Counted from the first letter of the stretch, positions 19,346-28,010 are shown. The stretch: DNA of 31,171 nucleotides from Oligoflexales bacterium (GCA_041736175.1 JBGSUI010000231.1:1-31171), one strand, 5' to 3'. Made by a program: numbers and translations. Notes: generated by a model from the letters alone, not told the origin.

Positions 19346-20485
19346 ATGGTCCCACAAGAGTTTGAAAAGATCCGAACCAAAGTATCTCACCTTTGGTCTG
19401 CCAATCCCTATGGGTTTCTAACGATCTTGATGTTTTTGATTCACGGGCTCTATGGAACCGTCACGATCTACGCGAAGGGGCTCTCCCTCGAATCAGTACT
19501 TAACCATTGGGATAGTGGCTGGTATACCCAGATCATCAAGGAGGGGTACCATGGTCCCAACTTTGCCTTTTACCCTCTCTATCCCCTGACGATCTACCTA
19601 TTAGATCAAGTCACCTTCCATACGATCCCAGTGCCCCTCTTGGGGAGTCTATTTTCGAGTACGATGTTTGTCCTCTCAGCGGTTCTGGTGCAAAGGCTCG
19701 CTAAAGAAGGAGAGCTGGCCCCCGCCTTTCCCGACCCAGTCTCCCCCTTGGGTTGGTTTCTAGTCGCATGGACTCCAGCGTCTTATGTCTTTCATACCCA
19801 CCATACGGAATCGCTGTTTCTGTGGTTAAGCCTGGTGGCTTTTACTCTCATGAGCCGCAATCAGTGGATCTTAGGGAGCCTGGCGGCAGGTCTCTGCGCC
19901 CTCACCAAAAATCAAGGGATCTTTGTCGCGATCACTCTAGGTGTCTGGGCCGCACTTAACCATCGACCGAGTCCAAAGCTCAGAGTGTTTCTGCGGTTTG
20001 CAGCGTCGGGTCTGATCAGCGGGCTGATCTTTGGGCTCTATCCCCTCTTTTGTTACTTCAAAACAGGCAATCCCCTTGAATTTTACCAGGTGCAACTCCA
20101 CTGGCGCCCCGAGATGAGTGAAGGCTCGTACTTCAAATCTTTTTGGTTTGATAATCCGTGGCAAAATACCAACCGAGGCTCCATGATCCGCTACGGACTC
20201 TTTTGGCTCCTAACAGCTTCGTCCCTTTACTTGCTCCTGATCCAAAGAAAAATCAGTGGCCTCTACAGTCTCCTTTTTGTGGGCATCATGCCCCTGTCGG
20301 GAGAGTTTGTCGGAACCTTTCGCTATAGCTCCGTCCTATTCCCTATTTGGTTTGGGATCGCCGAGGGACTTAGAAGGGTCAAGCCTGGGATCTTTGCGCC
20401 ACTTATGGTCTGCATCACATTGGTACTCCTGTACCTTAATATCGATCTATGGCGCAGCTTTTTGCTTTATCGATGGAGCTATTAG
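19346..20485 (+). CDS. GT-C integral membrane glycosyltransferase, PIG-V/mannosyltransferase-like
   Basis: HWDSGWY..I...GY....AFYPLYP, HTESLFL.L, TKNQG, FRY, multiple TM helices; AGGA RBS before ATG 19346. Confidence 0.82.
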   Translation: MVPQEFEKIRTKVSHLWSANPYGFLTILMFLIHGLYGTVTIYAKGLSLESVLNHWDSGWYTQIIKEGYHGPNFAFYPLYPLTIYLLDQVTFHTIPVPLLGSLFSSTMFVLSAVLVQRLAKEGELAPAFPDPVSPLGWFLVAWTPASYVFHTHHTESLFLWLSLVAFTLMSRNQWILGSLAAGLCALTKNQGIFVAITLGVWAALNHRPSPKLRVFLRFAASGLISGLIFGLYPLFCYFKTGNPLEFYQVQLHWRPEMSEGSYFKSFWFDNPWQNTNRGSMIRYGLFWLLTASSLYLLLIQRKISGLYSLLFVGIMPLSGEFVGTFRYSSVLFPIWFGIAEGLRRVKPGIFAPLMVCITLVLLYLNIDLWRSFLLYRWSY

Positions 20486-20500
20486 AAGGCTAAATAATCG

Positions 20501-20546
20501 AAAAAACAACCCCTTACAAAGAAGCAGACACTGCTTTGCAGGGGGT
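20501..20546 (-). terminator. Rho-independent terminator oriented for a minus-strand transcript
   Basis: Minus strand ACCCC-C-UGCAAAG...CUUUGUA-A-GGGGU followed by UGUUUUUU; the G-U pair and U tract work only on the minus strand. Confidence 0.7.
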
Positions 20547-20598
20547 CAAGAAAGACCAGCGTTGTTGGCGCGCAGGTCGATCACGGCCTTTGTGATAC
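20501..20598 (-). ncRNA. Candidate Fur-regulated small RNA (about 100 nt, three stem-loops)
   Basis: Lies between a 17/19 Fur box and an orphan minus-strand terminator; hairpins at 20580-20596, 20554-20578 and 20509-20546. Confidence 0.45.
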
Positions 20599-20612
20599 TG
20601 ATAATCAATATC
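20594..20612. promoter_or_regulatory. Fur box
   Basis: GATACTGATAATCAATATC matches the classical consensus GATAATGATAATCATTATC at 17 of 19 positions. Confidence 0.75.
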
Positions 20613-20616
20613 AAGA

Positions 20617-20643
20617 TGAAAAAAAAATTGCAAGCGCCGATAA
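20617..20643 (+). promoter_or_regulatory. sigma28/FliA-type promoter upstream of the DUF71 and ABC exporter genes
   Basis: TGAA-N15-GCCGATAA (perfect -10 element). Confidence 0.5.
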
Positions 20644-20711
20644 GGAGTACGTAGCTGATTGTGTCAAGATTCGGTAAACTCGCGGTCCCCAAAAAACGGA
20701 GGAGGCTCGGA

Positions 20712-21446
20712 ATGAGCAAGGCCAAAGTGCCTGTATTTTTAGCTTGGAGTGGTGGCAAAGACAGTGCCCTCGCACTCTTTGAGCTGACCCATTCCAAAGA
20801 CTATCAGGTCGTTGGTCTTCTGAGCTGTGTCAGCAGCTTAGACCACTCCGTCGCCCTACGGGGTATCGATCACAATCTCCTCCTCTCCCAAGCAAGTGCT
20901 GTCAACCTTCCCATTCGCTTTGCTGATGTCTCCCCTGATGCCAACTGCCAGACCCATGTTCAAAACCTTGGCAAGCTAGCCGTCTTGACCGCCCAGGAAC
21001 ATACCCTTGACGATACTCCCGTTGTTGCCTTTGGCGATGTCTACCTGGACGATATCCGTGATTGTCGGGAGGAATGCTTAGATTCCGTGGGGGTTAAAGC
21101 TATCTTTCCCCTTTGGCATCGGGATACAAAGGAGCTCTCCCATACTTTTTTGCACCAAAAATTCAAAGCCTTGGTTACCTGTATCGATGGGATTTCCTTG
21201 CCCCAGGACTTTTTAGGCCGCGTCTACGATCAGAGCTTTGTCAACGATCTACCGCTGACCGTAGACCCCTGCGGTGAAAATGGAGAATTTCATACGGTCG
21301 TGACCGAAAGCCCTAACTTTTCTCAGCCCATTTCCTTTCGTCCGGGAAAACAGTATTCCAAGACGCCCTTCTACTACCAAGAAATCCTAACGAAAGCTCC
21401 CCCATCCTATGGTAAGACAAAACCTCTGACGAAACGCTCTTTTTAG
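20712..21446 (+). CDS. PP-loop ATP pyrophosphatase, DUF71 / diphthine-ammonia-ligase (MJ0570)-like
   Basis: AWSGGKDS, AFGDVYLDDIR..RE, FPLW, DPCGENGEFHT; GGAGG RBS before ATG 20712. Confidence 0.9.
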   Translation: MSKAKVPVFLAWSGGKDSALALFELTHSKDYQVVGLLSCVSSLDHSVALRGIDHNLLLSQASAVNLPIRFADVSPDANCQTHVQNLGKLAVLTAQEHTLDDTPVVAFGDVYLDDIRDCREECLDSVGVKAIFPLWHRDTKELSHTFLHQKFKALVTCIDGISLPQDFLGRVYDQSFVNDLPLTVDPCGENGEFHTVVTESPNFSQPISFRPGKQYSKTPFYYQEILTKAPPSYGKTKPLTKRSF

Positions 21447-21463
21447 GTCCGAGGAGTTTTTTT

Positions 21464-23311
21464 GTGGCTGATCAAATCCCGACGTCTGCTGCCCAAGAGC
21501 AAACTACCCACGACTCCCCACTATGGGCCCTTATAAAATCGAGCGGCTTGTATAAAAAAGACGTGATCCTTGGATCCCTCTACTCTTTTCTTAACAAGCT
21601 TTTTGATATCGCCCCCGAAATCCTGATAGGGATCGCTATCGATCTCGTCATTAAGAAAGAAGCCTCTTTCCTCGCCCGGTGGGGGCTCGTCTCTTTCCAA
21701 GGCCAACTCCTAACTCTCGCATTGTTGACCTTTGTCATATGGTCCGGAGAATCGATCTTTGAATACCTCTATAAACTCAAGTGGCGCGGCCTCGCCCAAA
21801 AAGTCCAACATGATCTCCGTATCAAAGCCTATGGGCGCATCCAGCAGGTGGACTCTCTCTACAGCGCCTTCCATTCCACTGGAAATGTGGTCAGTGTGAT
21901 CAACGATGATATCAACCAACTCGAACGTTTTCTCGATCAAGGAGCCAACGGGATCATCCAGGTGATCGCTTCGACCCTGCTGATCACAGGGGTTTTTTTG
22001 TATCTCTCACCGCAGATCGCCTTTTGGGCCCTGGCTCCCATTCCTGTGATTATTATCGGGACTTTTCACTTTCAGAGACTCCTGGAACCCCTCTATAAAA
22101 ACGTCAGAGTCCAAGCGGCGGCCATCAGCACCCGCCTCACCACTAATGTGATCGGCCTCGAAACCATCAAAGCCCAAGCCGCCGAAGCCTATGAGGAGGC
22201 CAAAGTCGAAGAACTCAGCCTCAATTATTGTGCAGCAAACCAAGCGGCCATCAAAGTCAGCTCCCTCTTTACACCGTTGATTCGGATGGCCATTCTGGCT
22301 GGATTTGTGGCCACTTTGGTCAACGGTGGCTTGATGACCTACGAACAAAAAATTTCCGTCGGTACTTTTGGAATTTTGGTGTTTTTAACTCAGAGACTTC
22401 TATGGCCCTTGACGTCCATTGCGGACATCACAGATCTCTATCAGAGGGCTCGGGCATCGACGGCTAGGGTTTTAGAGCTTCTGGCGGCCACAGGGCTGCC
22501 ATCTAGCACTGGTTCCCATAAAAACGTCCTATCCACTCCTCCCGAAGACTTGGTCCGCGACCGACAGTTTTTACGGGGCGACCTTATCTTTTCCCAGGTG
22601 CATTTTTCCTATCCATCACGGCCCCAAAAAGTCCTGGAGCAGTTGAACCTGCATATTCCTGCACAAAAGACCATTGGCATCGTGGGTACGACTGGATCTG
22701 GAAAAAGCACCATAGTTCGTCTATTGTTGCGGCTGCTAGAACCAACCCAAGGTGAAATCACTATCGGTGGCCGAAGGCTTCAGGATATTTCGCCCAAGAC
22801 CTTGCGCCAGGGTATTGGACTTGTGGCCCAAGACGTGTTTTTAGTCGATGGAACGGTCCTCGATAATATCCGTTACGGGCATTTCCAGGCCAGCGAAGAT
22901 CAGGTGATCGCGGCAGCGATGATTGCTGATGCCCATGTTTTTATCGAAAAGCTCCCCCAAGGCTACCACACCCCCATTGGCGAACGGGGCTACGCCCTCT
23001 CGGGTGGCCAGAGGCAGCGGCTAGCGATTGCCCGCGCACTGATCAAAGATCCTCCCATTCTGATTTTGGATGAGGCCACATCCTCAGTGGATACCCAATC
23101 CGAGAGGTCGATTCAAAAAGCTATCGAGACCATGAGCCACCAACGGACCGTGCTAGTGATCGCCCACCGCCTGTCGACTTTAAAAAACGTAGACAGTATC
23201 TTTGTCCTAGGTTCCGGCCGCGTCCTTGAATCGGGAACCCATGAGGAACTCCTTGAAATCAAAGGAGCCTACCACCGCCTCTGGACCAGCGACGGAAGAG
23301 AGGTATCATGA
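21464..23311 (+). CDS. ABC exporter, fused permease/ATP-binding subunit
   Basis: N-terminal TM domain; GTTGSGKS, LSGGQRQRLAIARA, ILDEATSSVD, IAHRLST. Confidence 0.95.
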   Translation: MADQIPTSAAQEQTTHDSPLWALIKSSGLYKKDVILGSLYSFLNKLFDIAPEILIGIAIDLVIKKEASFLARWGLVSFQGQLLTLALLTFVIWSGESIFEYLYKLKWRGLAQKVQHDLRIKAYGRIQQVDSLYSAFHSTGNVVSVINDDINQLERFLDQGANGIIQVIASTLLITGVFLYLSPQIAFWALAPIPVIIIGTFHFQRLLEPLYKNVRVQAAAISTRLTTNVIGLETIKAQAAEAYEEAKVEELSLNYCAANQAAIKVSSLFTPLIRMAILAGFVATLVNGGLMTYEQKISVGTFGILVFLTQRLLWPLTSIADITDLYQRARASTARVLELLAATGLPSSTGSHKNVLSTPPEDLVRDRQFLRGDLIFSQVHFSYPSRPQKVLEQLNLHIPAQKTIGIVGTTGSGKSTIVRLLLRLLEPTQGEITIGGRRLQDISPKTLRQGIGLVAQDVFLVDGTVLDNIRYGHFQASEDQVIAAAMIADAHVFIEKLPQGYHTPIGERGYALSGGQRQRLAIARALIKDPPILILDEATSSVDTQSERSIQKAIETMSHQRTVLVIAHRLSTLKNVDSIFVLGSGRVLESGTHEELLEIKGAYHRLWTSDGREVS

Positions 23312-23434
23312 CGGGAGTTTCTTGACGATAAGGAGGACAGGTTCTGATTTTTTCTTTGTGGAATCCAACTTCCATTCGCGGTAGAGTTCCTTGGCTTTTT
23401 GACAATTCATTTTCTGTAAGGGGGGGTGATTTTG

Positions 23435-25204
23435 ATGAATAAACCTTTAGAAAATCCATACAAATTGGGAATCCTATCTCGGGGAATCCTATCTCGGGGA
23501 ATTCGAACTTTAGGATCCCTGATCCTTGCGACCCTGACAACCCTGCCGTTCACCCATCTAGCCCAGGCTGTCCCGTCGAACGCCCAACTCACCATCGGCA
23601 TGACTCAGGAATTCGAAACCCTCAACCCCCTTTTAGCCTCCATGAGCGCCTCCACTTGGATTGGCGCCCTGGTTAACCGCCCTCTCGCTGTTGTGAACCC
23701 CCAATGGCAGTGGGAATGTATGAGCTGCGTCGAGCTGCCGTCCCTGGAAAAGGGCACAGCGAAAATCATAGAAAAAAACGGCACCAAAGTGGTGAGCGTC
23801 GATTGGGAACTTAAACCCAATCTAAAATGGGGAGATGGCCAACCCATCACAGCTAAAGACTTTAAACTGGCGTGGGAAATCACCCGTGCACCTAATGTCA
23901 CCGTCGCCAGCAAAGAACAGACCCTTAACATCACCGACTTCAATATCGACCCAAAGAATCCCCTAAAATTTACGACGGTCTATAAAGAAGTGCTCTACAA
24001 CTACTTTCAGCTGCCTCTTATCCCTGTTCCCGCCCATATCGAAGGGCCTATTTGGGAAAAAACAAAGACCCAAACGGGAGCCTATGAAAAGCTGACCGCC
24101 TATACGACCAAGCCCCTAGAGCCAGCCCTCTCGTCGGGCCCCTATACCGTTTCAGAGGTCAAAATGGGCAGCCATGTGATCGTTAAGAAAAACCCCCATT
24201 GGACCGGAAAATCACCAGAAGTAGAAAGGATCGTTTTCAAGCTGATCCCTAACACCCAGGCTCTGGAAGCATCCCTCCTCTCCAACGAAATCGATATGAT
24301 TAACGAGCTTGGGATGTCCTTTGACCAGGCCACAGAGTTTGAAAAACGCCTTAACCGGGACCCTAAGCTCAAAGCCGCCTACAAAGTGACCTATACCGAT
24401 GGTCTGACCTATGAGCATATCGATCTCAACCTTCGCAACCCCATGCTTGCGGACCTAAAGGTTAGGCAAGCTTTGCTCTACGCCATCAATCGCCAAAAAC
24501 TTTCTGATTCCCTCTTTGGCGGCAAACAACCTGTCGCCCGGTCGATGATTCACCCTAAGGATGTCTACTACACGACCGATCTTCCTTCCTATGAGTACAA
24601 TCTCGCCAAAGCTCAGGAACTCCTGGAACAGGCAGGCTGGAAAGTCCAGCCCGATGGCCTCCGCAAAAAAGATGGCAAAACCCTGGAGTTTACGATTATG
24701 ACCACGTCCCAAAACAAGTCCCGGGAACTGGTCCAGACTTTTATCCAGTCGGAACTGAAAAAAGCAGGAGTTAAAATCAGCATTAAAAACGAGCCGGCCC
24801 GAGTCTTTTTTGGAGAAACACTCTCTAAAGGCCACTGGGATGGGTTAGCGATGTTTGCCTGGACCTCGTCCCCTGATAGCCCTCCTCGGACGACCCTTCA
24901 TTCCACCGAAATCCCCACCGAGAAAAACTCTTTTGCCGGTCAAAACTATGCTGGCTATAGCAATCCCAAGGTGGATGAGATTTTTGATCAAATCCGCAGA
25001 GAGCTTTCCTTAGACAAGCGAAAAGTGCTGATGAACGAACTGCAAAAAATCTACGCCGAAGAGGTGCCAGTTCTACCCTTGTTTATGCGCTCTGAGATCG
25101 CTGTATTGCCGGCACAACTCCAAAACTACAAGCCCACCGGCCATCAGTATGCTGCGTCCCACTGGGCGGAATATTGGTCCTTGGGTCCCGTTGCTGCTCA
25201 TTAA
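23435..25204 (+). CDS. Peptide ABC transporter substrate-binding protein (family 5, OppA/DppA-like)
   Basis: QEFETLNP, KWGDGQPITAKDF, SSGPY, YEHIDLNL, DLKVRQALLYAINR, signal peptide ending AQA; no permease genes adjacent. Confidence 0.92.
   Translation: MNKPLENPYKLGILSRGILSRGIRTLGSLILATLTTLPFTHLAQAVPSNAQLTIGMTQEFETLNPLLASMSASTWIGALVNRPLAVVNPQWQWECMSCVELPSLEKGTAKIIEKNGTKVVSVDWELKPNLKWGDGQPITAKDFKLAWEITRAPNVTVASKEQTLNITDFNIDPKNPLKFTTVYKEVLYNYFQLPLIPVPAHIEGPIWEKTKTQTGAYEKLTAYTTKPLEPALSSGPYTVSEVKMGSHVIVKKNPHWTGKSPEVERIVFKLIPNTQALEASLLSNEIDMINELGMSFDQATEFEKRLNRDPKLKAAYKVTYTDGLTYEHIDLNLRNPMLADLKVRQALLYAINRQKLSDSLFGGKQPVARSMIHPKDVYYTTDLPSYEYNLAKAQELLEQAGWKVQPDGLRKKDGKTLEFTIMTTSQNKSRELVQTFIQSELKKAGVKISIKNEPARVFFGETLSKGHWDGLAMFAWTSSPDSPPRTTLHSTEIPTEKNSFAGQNYAGYSNPKVDEIFDQIRRELSLDKRKVLMNELQKIYAEEVPVLPLFMRSEIAVLPAQLQNYKPTGHQYAASHWAEYWSLGPVAAH
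23467..23502 (+). repeat. 15-bp tandem repeat (GGGAATCCTATCTCG x2.4) in the signal-peptide region
   Basis: Encodes GILSR-GILSR-GI. Confidence 0.9.
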
Positions 25205-25218
25205 TTAAGAGGTTTTCC

Positions 25219-25668
25219 ATGGGTTTTAAATTCCTCGGCGTGTTCGCGTTTACTGGTTTACTAGGGTTGTATGGCTGTTCCACGACGGCCTCTAAAGAGA
25301 GGCTCGAAAAGCAGAATCAGCTCCTGATCTTAGAGATTCAAAATCACGAACACTCGGAGGAAACCCTAAAGTCCGAAATTGAGAGCCTTAAAACCCAACT
25401 AGGGCAAACGGAGCAAAAACTAAGGGACCTCTCCCAGTCGTCCGAGGACAAAAACCGTGCCTTTGAGGAGCTTAAGAAAACCCTCGCCCTAGAGGGCCAG
25501 AAAAAATCTGAGATCGAGACCTCATGCCAAGCCCTCGTCGAGCAGGTTAGGACCGGATTGACGTCTGGAAAGCTCCAGAGCAAAGCCTTTCGCCAACAGT
25601 TGCTCCAGTCCCTTAACGACTGGCAAAGCCGGGCAGGGAGCCTCGGGACCGCCAACACGACCCACTGA
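25219..25668 (+). CDS. Hypothetical coiled-coil lipoprotein
   Basis: MGFKFLGVFAFTGLLGLYGC lipobox followed by a heptad-rich helix; GAGG RBS. Confidence 0.75.
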   Translation: MGFKFLGVFAFTGLLGLYGCSTTASKERLEKQNQLLILEIQNHEHSEETLKSEIESLKTQLGQTEQKLRDLSQSSEDKNRAFEELKKTLALEGQKKSEIETSCQALVEQVRTGLTSGKLQSKAFRQQLLQSLNDWQSRAGSLGTANTTH

Positions 25669-25675
25669 ACTAGAG

Positions 25676-26962
25676 GTGCAGGCTTTGGCTCTCCCGACCC
25701 ATTTAAAGACCGCTAGCCATGTTGCTCTTGTCGGGGTCCCTGTGGGTGTCGTGGTAGGGCTCGCCATTGCTGCCTACGACTATATCGTCACGACGCTCCT
25801 ATGGGTACCCTTCACTGGGACACTATCGACTACAGTTTTGTGTTTACTCCCCTGCATCGGAATGCTGCTGACAGGTCTTATTATGGAAACCTTTCGGGTC
25901 AAAACATCCTCCATGGCGGATGAGGTGGTCCGGGCTTATCACCACCCCCCTTCGGGCCTGCGCCCTCAAGAATCGATTCCTAAATTAGCTGCTTCCATAG
26001 CGACGATGGGCTTTGGCTGCAGCGCTGGGATGGAAGGCGCTAGCAAGTGGTTGGGAGCATCCTTGGCTGCCAGAATACAATCCATATTTAATGGGTTCGG
26101 TTGGTTGAAATGGGCCCATGGTTCCATCGAAACAACCATGCTTGTGGGGGCATCTGCAGGAATCAGCGCCATCTTTAGGGCACCTTTGACGGGAACCATT
26201 ATGGGCCTCGAATCACCCTACAAAAAGGACCTGGCCTATGACGCTCTACTCCATGGTCTTGTGGCTAGTTCTGTAAGCTATGCTACTTTTGTCACCCTTC
26301 GAAACGGGACACCGTACTTTCCCATTCATTTTAGCTACTCGATCCAACTCCGGGATCTTTTGTTTTGTATTCCACTCGGGGTGGTTGCGGGTGTGGGGTC
26401 CAATTTCTTTCTTACTGTTTTGAGTTTTATAAAGTCGGTCCAAGAAAAATATGCCTATTCCAAATATTTAAAGTACCTCCTGGGGGGTATTTTACTCAGT
26501 GGACTTGCCTTGCTGATGAACCATCTGGTGGGAGAACCCATCACCCTCCAAGCAGGACTTCCCACGGCTAACAAACTTCTTGCTGGCCGTTTCGATTCAC
26601 AGACAAGTCTGCTTATTTTTGTAGCAAAGCTCTTGGCCACGGCCATCACCTTTGGAATGGGAGGCGTTGGCGGACTTTTTGTGCCATCAGCCACCATGGG
26701 CGCGGGGCTGGGAGCCTTTTGCGATCTGTATTTTCAGCCTAGCCAGCCCGGTGTTTTCACGTTGGTTGGCATCGCTGCTTTTACTGGAGCTAGCTACAAT
26801 AGCCTGCTTTTTTCAGCTATTTTTATCGCCGAGGCGACGGGCAATCCGGCCCTGGTAGTCCCCGGGATCCTCGCATCGTGCACAGCCTACCTTGTCAGCA
26901 CGGGGATATCCAATTCCCCTTCCCAAAAAACCCATCGATCAGGGGAACCGAGGGGTTTTTAA
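25676..26962 (+). CDS. ClC-family chloride channel/antiporter with divergent motifs
   Basis: GCSAGMEGAS (GREGP equivalent), AGISAIFRAPLTG, GGVGGLFVPS, IAEATG; many TM helices; no CBS domains. Confidence 0.88.
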   Translation: MQALALPTHLKTASHVALVGVPVGVVVGLAIAAYDYIVTTLLWVPFTGTLSTTVLCLLPCIGMLLTGLIMETFRVKTSSMADEVVRAYHHPPSGLRPQESIPKLAASIATMGFGCSAGMEGASKWLGASLAARIQSIFNGFGWLKWAHGSIETTMLVGASAGISAIFRAPLTGTIMGLESPYKKDLAYDALLHGLVASSVSYATFVTLRNGTPYFPIHFSYSIQLRDLLFCIPLGVVAGVGSNFFLTVLSFIKSVQEKYAYSKYLKYLLGGILLSGLALLMNHLVGEPITLQAGLPTANKLLAGRFDSQTSLLIFVAKLLATAITFGMGGVGGLFVPSATMGAGLGAFCDLYFQPSQPGVFTLVGIAAFTGASYNSLLFSAIFIAEATGNPALVVPGILASCTAYLVSTGISNSPSQKTHRSGEPRGF

Positions 26963-27029
26963 TGAGACTAGATTTTACTGATCTGGTTTACGTTGCATAG
27001 AGAGGCTTAGTTTACTTTCTTGGGTCTCA

Positions 27030-27473
27030 TTACACCTTCCATACTTTCACAAAACCATTTGCAGCATAGTTGACGATAGCTTGGTCTCCCGTCACGAGGC
27101 AGGCTCCTAGGTGGCGTGCTGTCGCCACAATGAGACGATCAGCCGGGTCCTGATGAAAGCTACCGGGAAGGTTGACGCTATCGACGACGACATCGGCAGT
27201 CATAGGAGCATCGATAATTCGGGCGAGTTTTTTACTCAATGAAATCCATTCGAGCGTTGGATAGGCTAATACCAGTTTTCCGTGCGAAACCTTCATCGCT
27301 ACCTCCCACATGGAGATTGGTGCTAAGTACAGCCTCCCTCCATGTCCCGCAGCCTCGACGGCAGCTCGGCAGGAGGCAGTGCCAAACCGCTTGTTCCCTT
27401 CGGCTAGCCAAAGCCAGGCACAAGTATCCAGAACAACGACTTGCTGATCAGGAATAGGTGCATCCTCAACCAT
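27030..27473 (-). CDS. vapC: VapC-family PIN-domain toxin
   Basis: VVLDTCAWLW, ISMWEVAMK, FHQDPADRLIVATA, LVTGD; ATG 27473 overlaps the antitoxin stop. Confidence 0.92.
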   Translation of the reverse strand: MVEDAPIPDQQVVVLDTCAWLWLAEGNKRFGTASCRAAVEAAGHGGRLYLAPISMWEVAMKVSHGKLVLAYPTLEWISLSKKLARIIDAPMTADVVVDSVNLPGSFHQDPADRLIVATARHLGACLVTGDQAIVNYAANGFVKVWKV

Positions 27474-27732
27474 CTTTTTCCACATTCCAGGTGATGTCGA
27501 TAGGCGAAGTGATATCACTTTCGACAAAGGTTAACGTGCCGCCCATCGAGCCAAAAATGGGTATGTCGGCCAGCTTATCATCACAGATTGGAAGCAGCCT
27601 TGCGACTGGACGCCCGTGTTTGGTGATGATCAACTCGCCACCACGGACGAGTAACTCGTCCATAAGTGCCAGGCACTGGTTTTTAAATTGTCCAGCAGGG
27701 ACGATTCGCTGGTCTTCTAGTTTAACTGTCAT
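27466..27732 (-). CDS. Phd/YefM-family antitoxin
   Basis: VPAGQFKNQCLALMDE...ELIITKHGRPVARLLP, immediately upstream of vapC. Confidence 0.92.
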   Translation of the reverse strand: MTVKLEDQRIVPAGQFKNQCLALMDELLVRGGELIITKHGRPVARLLPICDDKLADIPIFGSMGGTLTFVESDITSPIDITWNVEKDG

Positions 27733-27754
27733 AACATCCCCATCCCCTTAATGC

Positions 27755-27810
27755 AGCCATAGCTACAGCTATGGCTATAATACTCTTCGGCATAATGCCT
27801 GTCTAGCTTA
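27755..27810 (-). promoter_or_regulatory. sigma28-type promoter and perfect palindromic operator of the phd-vapC pair
   Basis: AGCCATAGCT-AC-AGCTATGGCT at 27755-27776; minus strand TAAG-N15-GCCGAAGA at 27810-27784. Confidence 0.7.
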
Positions 27811-27877
27811 AGCCAGAGATGTTTAGTTCAATACTTTTGAAACGTTACTTCGCAGGTCCTATTTCTCATCGCCAACG

Positions 27878-27903
27878 GTGTCCACAAAAGTGGGACCATT
27901 TCA
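27878..27903. mobile_element. Orphan IS3-family-like terminal inverted repeat
   Basis: Reverse complement reads TGAAATGGTCCCACTTTTGTGGACAC (TG start, GGACA core), the style of IS3-family ends; no transposase or partner end in the window. Confidence 0.5.
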
Positions 27904-27979
27904 GATCGAGGTCCCGGGCTGACGCTGGGCTGAAGCGTATCCTCCTTGGTTTCGGTCCTAAAAGGTGAGAAACTCGATG

Positions 27980-28010
27980 TTGACATAATAATATAACAGT
28001 TATACTATTA
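27980..28010 (+). promoter_or_regulatory. sigma70 promoter with overlapping palindromic operator for the brnT-brnA-like pair; probably leaderless mRNA
   Basis: TTGACA-17 nt-TACTAT ends 6 nt before the ATG with no RBS; TAATAaTATAAC-A-GTTATAcTATTA inverted repeat at 27986-28010. Confidence 0.7.

Noticed and set aside
20546..20797. Minus-strand 83-aa ORF with a hydrophobic stretch
   Set aside because: Overlaps the DUF71 start, lacks an RBS, and its hydrophobicity comes from the poly-A tract and Fur box; a non-coding reading fits better, though a small peptide is not fully excluded.
25676..26962. Fluoride exporter CLC-F with fluoride riboswitch
   Set aside because: CLC-F signature motifs are absent and there are only 7 nt upstream, leaving no room for a riboswitch.
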